Shown: positions 18,973 to 26,342 of the stretch, in pieces
How the letters are laid out: each line of letters opens with the position of its first letter
Numbering within the stretch: the first letter of the stretch is position 1
Source: an uncultured archaeon
GTDB lineage: Archaea; Asgardarchaeota; Lokiarchaeia; Sigyniarchaeales; SOKP01
Assembly: GCA_964493715.1 (NCBI GenBank)
Contig: CAZBPC010000044.1
Span: forward strand, 1-26,342
DNA: 26,342 nt
Direction of reading: 5' to 3'
Program-made: the position numbers and the translations under genes
The notes under the pieces: generated by a model
What the model was told of the DNA's origin: nothing
Seen by the model: the letters and a program-made list of their open reading frames with translations, nothing else
Database searches by the model: none

Positions 18973-20409
18973 ATGGTGCGATATTACTTATTAGGATTAA
19001 AAATAATTAAAGTTTTCATATATATTTGGATTTTGGTAATATTTTTCTCCGTTTTTCATATTGACGAGGTTTTAACGACTGATAGCGGAGAATTAGTTAT
19101 AGATGCCTTTATTAAAGGAATAAGGAACATAGTAACCTATGCTTTCTTTGGAGTTGTGTATGTTTTGGCATTAGGAAGTATTCAGATGACTTCCTTTATG
19201 TTTACACCAAACCCACAATTTATGTTTAACTTTCTTGATAATTTCATGCGTAATTATTTTGGATTATGGTTTAACTTTCCTAACGGTACTGTTCCTGAGT
19301 TAACAGAAATTCCAAATCTCATATGGACAGAAATCTCTGTATTTACTGGAGATTTTTATTTATTTACTTTCCAAATTCTGTTATTTATCTCAATAATTTA
19401 TTCTATCAGAGCATTTCTCCAAACAAATCCGAAACACGATATGCTAGTTATTGGTTCTCTAATACTCATGATTGTTGTTCCTCTCATGATATTTGGATAT
19501 AATGATATGCTAGCCCTTTTTAACATTAACGATCCATACATCAGTTCGCTTCCTGATCCCTTGGATCCAGCGTTTTCAGTGATTCCTATAACTAATTTTT
19601 TTAAGTTTTTAGCTAGTCCTGTTATATCATTAGCTATAGTTTCATATATTTATTTAGAATTAGCATTTCAAATTAATTATATTGACACAGTTTCTAAACC
19701 ATCCTTGGAAAGACGAGAAAGGCTTGAGGCTCAGCTAGAAATTCTTCAAAGTGAATCTCATTTTGTTGTAGCAAATATCGACAAGATAAAAGAGGAAGCT
19801 AAGGCACGAAAAGAAGAAATTGAAAAAGAAGGAAAAACTAATATTAATAAATTTCTCTTAAAAATGGAAGAAAGATTTTCCTACGTAAAAGAAATGATTG
19901 AAAAAAAAAAGTTGGAGGAAGAAGAGAAGAGATTAATTACTGCTGCTTCTAAAACAAGAAGATTAGGTGCATACGTAGATAGATTATTCAAGGAAGATCC
20001 AGAAGCTCGTGATACACTTACAGCAAGGACTTCGTCCCCTAAATCACAAAGCTTAGCCCTTTCAACATTAATCAACTTTTTTTCGCGTATTATCATTTTA
20101 GTCTTAGTAAGTTTCGTTGTAATACAACCTCACTGGTTTGCTCAGAATGTTTTCAACTTACCACCCGCAATTACAGAAAGTGTGGCAATGTATTCCCCAG
20201 AAGTAATTTTAGTTCTTTTATTACCAATTGTATCTATATTTCCAGCCATCTCAAAAATTATCTCTTACATAAAACATAGAAATTTAATTATAAATCTGCA
20301 ACAAGAAGGTAGAATTAAAGAAATATTGGCTTCTGTAGGAGATTATGTGAGAAAAGAAGAAATCACTGAAAGCGTCAAAATAGAAGACCCTGTAGCTGAA
20401 TCATCCTAA
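18973..20409 (+). CDS. Uncharacterised polytopic membrane protein with a cytoplasmic coiled coil
   Basis: About 7 hydrophobic segments with a long E/K/R-rich helical loop (LERRERLEAQLE...KKKLEEEEKRL); starts 3 nt after the DUF58 stop. Confidence 0.8.
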   Translation: MVRYYLLGLKIIKVFIYIWILVIFFSVFHIDEVLTTDSGELVIDAFIKGIRNIVTYAFFGVVYVLALGSIQMTSFMFTPNPQFMFNFLDNFMRNYFGLWFNFPNGTVPELTEIPNLIWTEISVFTGDFYLFTFQILLFISIIYSIRAFLQTNPKHDMLVIGSLILMIVVPLMIFGYNDMLALFNINDPYISSLPDPLDPAFSVIPITNFFKFLASPVISLAIVSYIYLELAFQINYIDTVSKPSLERRERLEAQLEILQSESHFVVANIDKIKEEAKARKEEIEKEGKTNINKFLLKMEERFSYVKEMIEKKKLEEEEKRLITAASKTRRLGAYVDRLFKEDPEARDTLTARTSSPKSQSLALSTLINFFSRIIILVLVSFVVIQPHWFAQNVFNLPPAITESVAMYSPEVILVLLLPIVSIFPAISKIISYIKHRNLIINLQQEGRIKEILASVGDYVRKEEITESVKIEDPVAESS

Positions 20410-20414
20410 TTTTA

Positions 20415-21344
20415 TCATAGACTAATGATATCTCTCGCCAAATTTTCTTTTTTTTGAATGTTCGTCATGAGAGTGTCAAGACAATATGTTTTTATGCCCA
20501 TCTCCTCAATTTGTGGTTTTAATGATTGGTCTTTATGATCAATTATAAAATGTCCAATTATTTCTTTATAGAAATTGGCGACACCAACGCTTGAAACTTC
20601 ATAACCAAAAAAATCTAACATTTTATCTGCTGGTCCTTTTACTGCCGACCCTTCTATAATAGGACTAATTGCATACACCTTATCCTTTACACTTGTCATC
20701 GTGTTTTTTATTTCGTTGACACTTAATATAGTTCCAATTGAAACTATTGGATTGCTGGGACATATAATTATCTTTTTTGCTTTTTTAATATAATCTATAA
20801 CACCAATTACGGGACTAGCTTTTTCAGAACCCTTGAAGGTTATATTTAAAATTTTAGGTTGAGATTTATGCTTTATATAATATTCTTCAAAATGCATTTT
20901 TCCCAAGGGTGTTTCGATGTATGTTGTTACCGGTTCATTACTCATTGGAATAAGTTCTGTTTTTATTTTTAATTTCTTACATATTTTAGACGTGATTTGA
21001 GCTTTAGAAAAACCCTTATGATATAAATCTGTACGATATATATGCGTTGCTATATCTTTATCACCCGCATTAAACCATCCAAAGTCGTAATATTTCTTTA
21101 AAATGCTTAAACAATTAAAAGTTTCATTTTCAAAGCCCCACCCTTTTTCCTTATCTACAATTTCAGCAATAGTATACGTTATTATATCAATATCTGGGCA
21201 AATAATAAGACCGAATAATTCAATATCATCCCCTGTATTAATGATTATTTTTAATTTGCTAGGATCGACCACCCGTACTAATCCTTGAATAAACTTTGCT
21301 GCGCCCACTCCTCCTGCAAGTATAGTGTAATAATCTTCTCTCAG
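20415..21344 (-). CDS. cofD: 2-phospho-L-lactate/phosphoenolpyruvate transferase (F420 biosynthesis); start extended upstream of the ORF-track GTG
   Basis: TILAGGVGAAKF, NTGDD, CPDID, GDKDIATH, PSNPIVSIG, VKGPADK. The conserved Gly-rich loop begins upstream of GTG 21308, so CTG at 21344 is proposed as the start (less certain than the product call). Confidence 0.92.
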   Translation of the reverse strand: MREDYYTILAGGVGAAKFIQGLVRVVDPSKLKIIINTGDDIELFGLIICPDIDIITYTIAEIVDKEKGWGFENETFNCLSILKKYYDFGWFNAGDKDIATHIYRTDLYHKGFSKAQITSKICKKLKIKTELIPMSNEPVTTYIETPLGKMHFEEYYIKHKSQPKILNITFKGSEKASPVIGVIDYIKKAKKIIICPSNPIVSIGTILSVNEIKNTMTSVKDKVYAISPIIEGSAVKGPADKMLDFFGYEVSSVGVANFYKEIIGHFIIDHKDQSLKPQIEEMGIKTYCLDTLMTNIQKKENLARDIISL

Positions 21345-21358
21345 TTCAAATCACCATT

Positions 21359-22768
21359 CTAATCCTCAATTTCGAAAAGAATATCATCTAGATTCTTACG
21401 AAATGGTGTTTTAGGAATTTCTAAGGGATATCCTACAGTAAAAAAAGCCATAGGTATATATGATTCTGGAAGATTTAATTCTCTCCTGATTATTTTCTGT
21501 GCAAATAAAGGTGCACAATACCAACAAGAAGATAACTTTTTAGTTTCAAAAGCTAAAAGTAAATAAGTAGCAGAAGAACTTATGCTCTGAATCCCCATAT
21601 ATAACTCATTTAAATTACGTTCATCATTTTCATACAGCTCTAAATCATGTTTATCTAAACAAAGTAGGATTAAATAAGGAGCATTTAAGAACTGATTTCT
21701 AGTTTTTTCGATTTTCAATTTGATGGTAGACTCTGATTTGCCTTCATTAATTAAATCATCTCTGAACTTTTCATTCATCTTGTTTATCAATTTATTTCTT
21801 GTGGCACCTTTACCGAGTATTGCATATCTCCAAAATTGACCATTATGAGCGCTAGGTGCCCACCTTGATAGATCAATACATTCCCTAATAAGTGTTTTAT
21901 GAACTTCTTTCGAAGAAAAACCTAACTTATAACTCCTCCTTGATTTAAGTGTTTTTATAATGGTATTATCACTGTTTTTTTCTCTAAACAAATCTGATTT
22001 TCTTTCACGTATAATTGATTTAATAGACGCTTGATCATTTATATTAAACTTATATCCTTTAATTAGTACAATAGGAAAACCTTCATCTGCCTCACCCATT
22101 ATTAATTGAGCAGCAGATGCAAGATTATCAACTTGCCCAACGATAGTACTTTTTAATTCTTTCCCATAGAGATCATATGAACCTCTCTTATCTAATATAG
22201 CATCTATCCCTGAAAGCCCTATTGCCACCCCAATAGCACCTCGTCTAAAAGGTCTTCCGAATGAATCTGATATAATAACCGCTAGATTTTTATTTACTGA
22301 ATTTTTGAGATTATGCCTAATTTTTTTAGCTTCTTCATCAGGATTATCAGGTAATAATGTTACCATATTATCACCTTCTACATTCGATCTATCGATTCCT
22401 GCGTTAGCACAGATAAATCCATGTTTTGTTTCAACAATCATAACGTGGTCTGATCGAATCAATTCATTTGATTCATCTAAAATTAACTGTATAATTTGCG
22501 GATCTTTGATAGGAATATTTTCTTCAGTAGCTAAAGGTTTCATGCTTTCATGTAACATATTAGCATAATTACTGGGTTCAATTGTATTTAGATCGACTAA
22601 AAACCCACAACTTTTCGACACAATACTCTGAGCAATAACAAGGATATCTCCATCTTCTAATATTGTATTTGATTTACTTACAGATTCAATTATTATATTC
22701 GCTAAATTATCTCCTGGCTTTATTTTTGGTATACCTTTTAATGCGATTAGATTAATACGTTCACTCAT
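21359..22768 (-). CDS. cofE: Coenzyme F420:L-glutamate ligase fused to a nitroreductase-like domain (FbiB architecture)
   Basis: CofE motifs IKPGDNLA, GDILVIAQSIVSK, CANAGIDRSN, IISDSFGRPFR, MGEADEG; C-terminal nitroreductase motifs RRSYK, WAPSAHNGQFW, SCWYCAPLF, VGYP. Confidence 0.93.
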   Translation of the reverse strand: MSERINLIALKGIPKIKPGDNLANIIIESVSKSNTILEDGDILVIAQSIVSKSCGFLVDLNTIEPSNYANMLHESMKPLATEENIPIKDPQIIQLILDESNELIRSDHVMIVETKHGFICANAGIDRSNVEGDNMVTLLPDNPDEEAKKIRHNLKNSVNKNLAVIISDSFGRPFRRGAIGVAIGLSGIDAILDKRGSYDLYGKELKSTIVGQVDNLASAAQLIMGEADEGFPIVLIKGYKFNINDQASIKSIIRERKSDLFREKNSDNTIIKTLKSRRSYKLGFSSKEVHKTLIRECIDLSRWAPSAHNGQFWRYAILGKGATRNKLINKMNEKFRDDLINEGKSESTIKLKIEKTRNQFLNAPYLILLCLDKHDLELYENDERNLNELYMGIQSISSSATYLLLAFETKKLSSCWYCAPLFAQKIIRRELNLPESYIPMAFFTVGYPLEIPKTPFRKNLDDILFEIED

Positions 22769-22770
22769 CT

Positions 22771-23829
22771 TTAATTTTCACCACTTATGAATAATTTGTA
22801 TGGTTTAATATCTTCTTCTTTGCTTTGAGCTATTTTTTCATATTTTTGTGGAATAGCACAACAGGCAGAGTAAAACTCGAACGAAACATTTGGATCGTAT
22901 TTCTTAATCCACCGCAAAGTGCTTTTAGAAGGGATTTCAATTCTTGTAATTCCCGCTTTTATAGCTAATTGTTCAATCTCCTTTTTTACACTTCCACGAG
23001 GTCTCATACATCCTAAAGAAATTTCAGTTTGAGGAAAGATTATTCTTGTCACAGCGATTAATTTGGATATATCTTCAGGTTTTGGGATTTCAAAATCTGA
23101 ATTTTTTGGAGGAATAAGAGCAATTATAACGATTAATGAGGGATTAGGAATTGATTCTTTAATAAATTTAATTGATTTCAACTCTTCGTGAATCTTTCCA
23201 TAATATAATCCAAAGCAGATATGTGGAACTACATTTAAATTATTTTTCTGAAGAAGTTCTAAGGAATGTTTGTAATCTTCTACTGTTTTATCGAGATGGT
23301 AAATTTCCTGGATAATACTCTCATCCATATTAATATCAAATGAGATTATGTCTGCCGTAGTATCTGCTAACTTAATAGTTGTATCTTCATTTATCAATCC
23401 CGTATGAATGTTAATAATCAAATTAGTTTGTTGTTTTACTTCTTTAATAGTATTTAAAAATTCTTTTAGAGGAACAGCTCCATTAGGATCACATCCTCCT
23501 GAAATTAAAGCTCCTACTCCTCCCTCCTTATGAAGATTGATTAAAAATTGTTTTAAATCTCTATTAGTTTGGAGTGGTTTCATGTTTTCCAAATATTTTT
23601 TATTGCAGTGTTCACAATTTAAAGCACATTCGCTCCCAGTTATACTTATTGCGGGGAATTTATGATTTGGAATGTAAATTTTTAAATTTTTACCAAAATT
23701 CTGTACTTTCAAACTATAAGCATAACTTAAAACTGATTCAATCTCCTGAAAGTCATATGAGATTAGTTCTTCGTAATCTGTCCACGTCATTTGATTTTCC
23801 GTAATTTTTTTCATTATGTGCTCAATCAT
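22771..23829 (-). CDS. lipS1: Radical SAM lipoyl synthase component, LipS1 type
   Basis: CALNCEHC (Cx3Cx2C), LISGG, and the LipS1-type motifs GCMRP and CC; adjacent to a lipoate ligase. S1/S2 numbering is from recalled motif assignments. Confidence 0.82.
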   Translation of the reverse strand: MIEHIMKKITENQMTWTDYEELISYDFQEIESVLSYAYSLKVQNFGKNLKIYIPNHKFPAISITGSECALNCEHCNKKYLENMKPLQTNRDLKQFLINLHKEGGVGALISGGCDPNGAVPLKEFLNTIKEVKQQTNLIINIHTGLINEDTTIKLADTTADIISFDINMDESIIQEIYHLDKTVEDYKHSLELLQKNNLNVVPHICFGLYYGKIHEELKSIKFIKESIPNPSLIVIIALIPPKNSDFEIPKPEDISKLIAVTRIIFPQTEISLGCMRPRGSVKKEIEQLAIKAGITRIEIPSKSTLRWIKKYDPNVSFEFYSACCAIPQKYEKIAQSKEEDIKPYKLFISGEN

Positions 23830-24601
23830 ATTTATTCAACCATTCATGATTTGAATATTTCTCTTTCATTAATTTTTCTGCTAATTTAAATTCTTCGTCA
23901 CTAATTTGCCCTTCTATTAGCTTGATTTTCAATGTATTTTCAAATCCTTGTTTTAATGATAGTAAAAATTTATCTTCATTCCATTGAGGCAAGTGTTCCT
24001 TTATTCCAATGCATTTTGCATATACTGATTTAACCATCCTTGATTTTGATATATTATGTGGTGCTTTTAAGACAGAATACATGAGGTCTGCATCTAACTC
24101 TAATAAAATTGTTCCATGTTGAAGAATATGCCCCTTTTTTCTTACTTGTGCATTTCCAGAAAATTTTTTACCCTCTAAAAAAAGAGCTGGGCAATGAATA
24201 ATTCCTAGCTCTGACTCCAAACCATAATTCTTTAAACCAGAAATGATTCCCATTTCAATTATCTCAAACTGTTCAATTACTTTATAGGCATTTAAATTTT
24301 CTAAGAATTTGATAGGACAGATTATAGAGTAAGTTATTTCCCTATCACTATCATGAAATACTGCACCTCCACCTGTAATTCTTCTGACTATATTAAATCC
24401 TTTCTTTTTAGCCACGGTTGTATCAACCTCTGAAGAAAGACTTTGATTTTGCCCTATTGAAATGGTTGATGGATTCCATTTATAAAATCTTAAAGTGTTT
24501 GGAGATTTATTCTCTATTGTCAATTGTAATATAGCCTCATCTATGGCCATGTTCCAATAACCATTATTAATTTCGATTGGTAATAATCTCCACTCATTCA
24601 T
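23822..24601 (-). CDS. lplA: Lipoate/octanoate-protein ligase (LplA catalytic domain only)
   Basis: NMAIDEA, LRFYKW, SIGQNQ, VRRITGGGAVFHD, KFSGNAQ, LQHGT; 259 aa with no fused LplB domain. Confidence 0.9.
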   Translation of the reverse strand: MNEWRLLPIEINNGYWNMAIDEAILQLTIENKSPNTLRFYKWNPSTISIGQNQSLSSEVDTTVAKKKGFNIVRRITGGGAVFHDSDREITYSIICPIKFLENLNAYKVIEQFEIIEMGIISGLKNYGLESELGIIHCPALFLEGKKFSGNAQVRKKGHILQHGTILLELDADLMYSVLKAPHNISKSRMVKSVYAKCIGIKEHLPQWNEDKFLLSLKQGFENTLKIKLIEGQISDEEFKLAEKLMKEKYSNHEWLNKYD

Positions 24602-24618
24602 AATAGTGTAAGTTTTCG

Positions 24619-25620
24619 TTAATTTACAAATTTTAATAAAGAATTATAACTTTCTTGTTTCTCATCTTCGGTTAACTCTCGTGGGTAATTATAAATTGGT
24701 CCTGAGGGGCGTGATGTATAATACGGGCGATTACATCCAGGACATCCTGAAGTTAATAGGAGATCCGATGTATCAATAAGATCCCATAATTCTTTTTTAT
24801 TTATATTATATTTAATAATATTCCCCTTAGAGTTAAAAGTAAAATCTTTCAATTGCTTATTTTGTTTAACAATAAGATAACGTCCTAATTGTATTTTCCT
24901 AAATTGTAATATATCAGGACTTTCTAGATTTTCAAGTTTAGTTCCCTTAATTGGAGTAAAAGCGAAAAGACTAACACGTATTTTTTTATCATTTAATGTT
25001 TTGATTAATTCCAAAATTTCTTTTGAGGTTTCACCTAGACCGACGATTAAATGAGTAGTTATTTGACCATCGGTAAATATGTCTAAAGCCTCTTCTATTG
25101 TTGCAAAATGTTTTTCCCATGAATAAGGGCCATTTGTATTTTTACCTTTCACATTGTTAAATATCTCCGGTGTTGATGCATCTAATGCAATACTAATCCT
25201 ATCGATTCCTATGAGTTTTAATTCTCTCATATTTTCTTTTGAGATAGGTGGAGCTGCCACAGAAATTGGAATATCTGTAATTCTTTTAATCTCTGTAATA
25301 ATTTCAACTAAATCGTTAAAATTATTAGAGTAATTAAGAGTTTGAACGCATATCCTCTTAAAACGCTTATTTGGTGCTAAATAACTCAATCTTGTGAGAA
25401 ATTCTTTAAAGGAATATTCAGGCCAAGTGACACGAGAAAGTTTTTCAGTTGATCCTTCTGATTCTCTCGCTTGTGGGCAAAAACCACAATTTGCTTGACA
25501 ATGTCCTTGTTTATACGTCATGATATAGCAAGTAGTTGGAGGATCTTTGAATCGTATACTCTCATAAAGTCCAAGTACTGAAGCACTCCCGATTGATACT
25601 CTAATTTTAACTATCGTCAT
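24619..25620 (-). CDS. lipS2: Radical SAM lipoyl synthase component, LipS2 type
   Basis: CQANCGFC, LSRVTWP, THLIVGLGET, and the C-terminal TSGCPGCNRP matching TxGCPxC(N/D)RP. Confidence 0.82.
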   Translation of the reverse strand: MTIVKIRVSIGSASVLGLYESIRFKDPPTTCYIMTYKQGHCQANCGFCPQARESEGSTEKLSRVTWPEYSFKEFLTRLSYLAPNKRFKRICVQTLNYSNNFNDLVEIITEIKRITDIPISVAAPPISKENMRELKLIGIDRISIALDASTPEIFNNVKGKNTNGPYSWEKHFATIEEALDIFTDGQITTHLIVGLGETSKEILELIKTLNDKKIRVSLFAFTPIKGTKLENLESPDILQFRKIQLGRYLIVKQNKQLKDFTFNSKGNIIKYNINKKELWDLIDTSDLLLTSGCPGCNRPYYTSRPSGPIYNYPRELTEDEKQESYNSLLKFVN

Positions 25621-25789
25621 TAAATTTCCTAATGCTTTTGTAAAGATAAGTTTTTTCTGAGCAAATTATTATTTTTCTCTTTAAAATACCTTTTTAAAGA
25701 AAAAAAGATAAAATCTTCTCTATTTAGTATTTAGTAAAAAATTTAATTTGCCAATTATTAAAGAAATAAACTATTTCACGCTGAATACT

Positions 25790-26342
25790 ATGACAGATTA
25801 TAATCATAAATTAATTGAGAAGAAATGGCAAGATAAATGGGAAAAAGAACAAATTTTCGAAGTTAATGAAGATCCAAATAAACAAAAATATTATGTTTTG
25901 GAGATGTATCCGTATCCTTCTGGAAGCTTGCATATGGGACATCTTCGTAATTACACAATAGGAGATTCTTTAGCTAGATTTAAGCGAATGGGCGGGTATA
26001 ATGTATTATATCCTATGGGTTATGACTGTATTTCTCAATAAGGGAAATGCCATAAAAGCTTTGGATTACCCGCAGAAAACGCTGCTATAGATCACGGTGC
26101 CAATCCCAATGAGTGGACCGATAAAAATATCCTTTTAATGAAAGAACAACAAAAACGAATTGGATTGTCCTATGATTGGACTCGCATGATATATAGCCAT
26201 GATTCTAATTATTATCGTTGGGATCAGTGGTTCTTTATCAAGATGTTTGAAAAAGGATTAGCTTATCGTCAAGAATCTTATGTTAACTGGTGTCCAAAAT
26301 GTGCGACAGTACTAGCTAACGAGCAAGTGTTAAATGGTAACT
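25790..26342 (+). CDS. leuS: Leucyl-tRNA synthetase, bacterial type; exon 1 25790-26026, exon 2 26057 to beyond the window end
   Basis: ATG 25790 gives [14 protein letters not shown]..., [23 protein letters not shown] (HIGH motif), PMGYD. After a 30-nt insert the same frame continues [11 protein letters not shown]...IGLSYDWTR...YYRWDQWFF...KGLAY...[16 protein letters not shown]. Confidence 0.95.
26027..26056 (+). other. Putative 30-nt bulge-helix-bulge (BHB) mRNA intron in leuS
   Basis: Insert TGTATTTCTCAATAAGGGAAATGCCATAAA with in-frame TAA at 26039-26041. 4-bp central helix TATG(26021-24)/CATA(26051-54); 3-nt bulges AC^T (26025-27) and AA^A (26055-57); 9-bp intron stem GTATTTCTC/GGGAAATGC. 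Canonical cleavage joins GAC to AGC. Confidence 0.88.

Noticed and set aside
317-23804. Short alternative ORFs in the track (317, 2164, 4447, 5096, 7300, 7785, 9200, 12542, 13912, 16230, 17471, 19881, 21103, 22305, 23574)
   Set aside because: All overlap well-supported genes antisense or out of frame and show no recognisable motifs.
22771-25620. Biotin synthase (BioB) or classical LipA calls for the radical SAM genes
   Set aside because: They lack the LipA Cx4Cx5C motif, carry LipS1/LipS2-type motifs, and flank a lipoate ligase.
26039-26041. Selenocysteine/pyrrolysine or simple stop readthrough in leuS
   Set aside because: The stop is TAA rather than TGA or TAG, and readthrough would leave 10 extra residues in the active-site motif.
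25748-26041. leuS as a 97-aa ORF or pseudogene
   Set aside because: The frame continues undamaged to the window end, BHB excision restores the motif exactly, and ATG 25790 fits LeuRS N-termini better than TTG 25748.
26027-26056. Functional intein, group I/II intron or transposon footprint
   Set aside because: Too short, contains a stop, lacks ribozyme structure, and has no target-site duplication.
1-26342. CRISPR arrays, tRNA/rRNA genes, transposases or integrases
   Set aside because: None seen; intergenic regions are short, AT-rich, and lack repeat-spacer or cloverleaf patterns.

Overview
AT-rich archaeal window, most likely from an Asgard (Lokiarchaeia-like) genome. This is inferred from the archaeal MCM, AOR and Cof genes, a Rab-like GTPase without a prenylation tail, and GGTGA-type ribosome-binding sites. 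Gene order: 5'-truncated MCM helicase; tungsten aldehyde:ferredoxin oxidoreductase; MDR dehydrogenase; Rab-like GTPase; HDAC-family deacetylase; a Pro-rich/coiled-coil/Zn-ribbon protein; a 7-gene, 12-kb MoxR/DUF58/DUF4350/DUF4129 cell-surface operon headed by a 1483-aa pseudo-transglutaminase; a minus-strand cofactor operon (lipS2-lplA-lipS1-cofE/fbiB-cofD); and the 5' part of a bacterial-type leuS. The main finding is that leuS is interrupted inside its conserved [11 protein letters not shown] motif by a 30-nt stop-containing insert (26027-26056). The insert folds with its flanks into a bulge-helix-bulge (BHB) motif whose predicted cleavage sites remove exactly the insert. It is therefore a probable mRNA intron spliced by the tRNA splicing endonuclease, in a normally essential protein-coding gene. 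All family calls come from motif recognition by eye, with no database searches.
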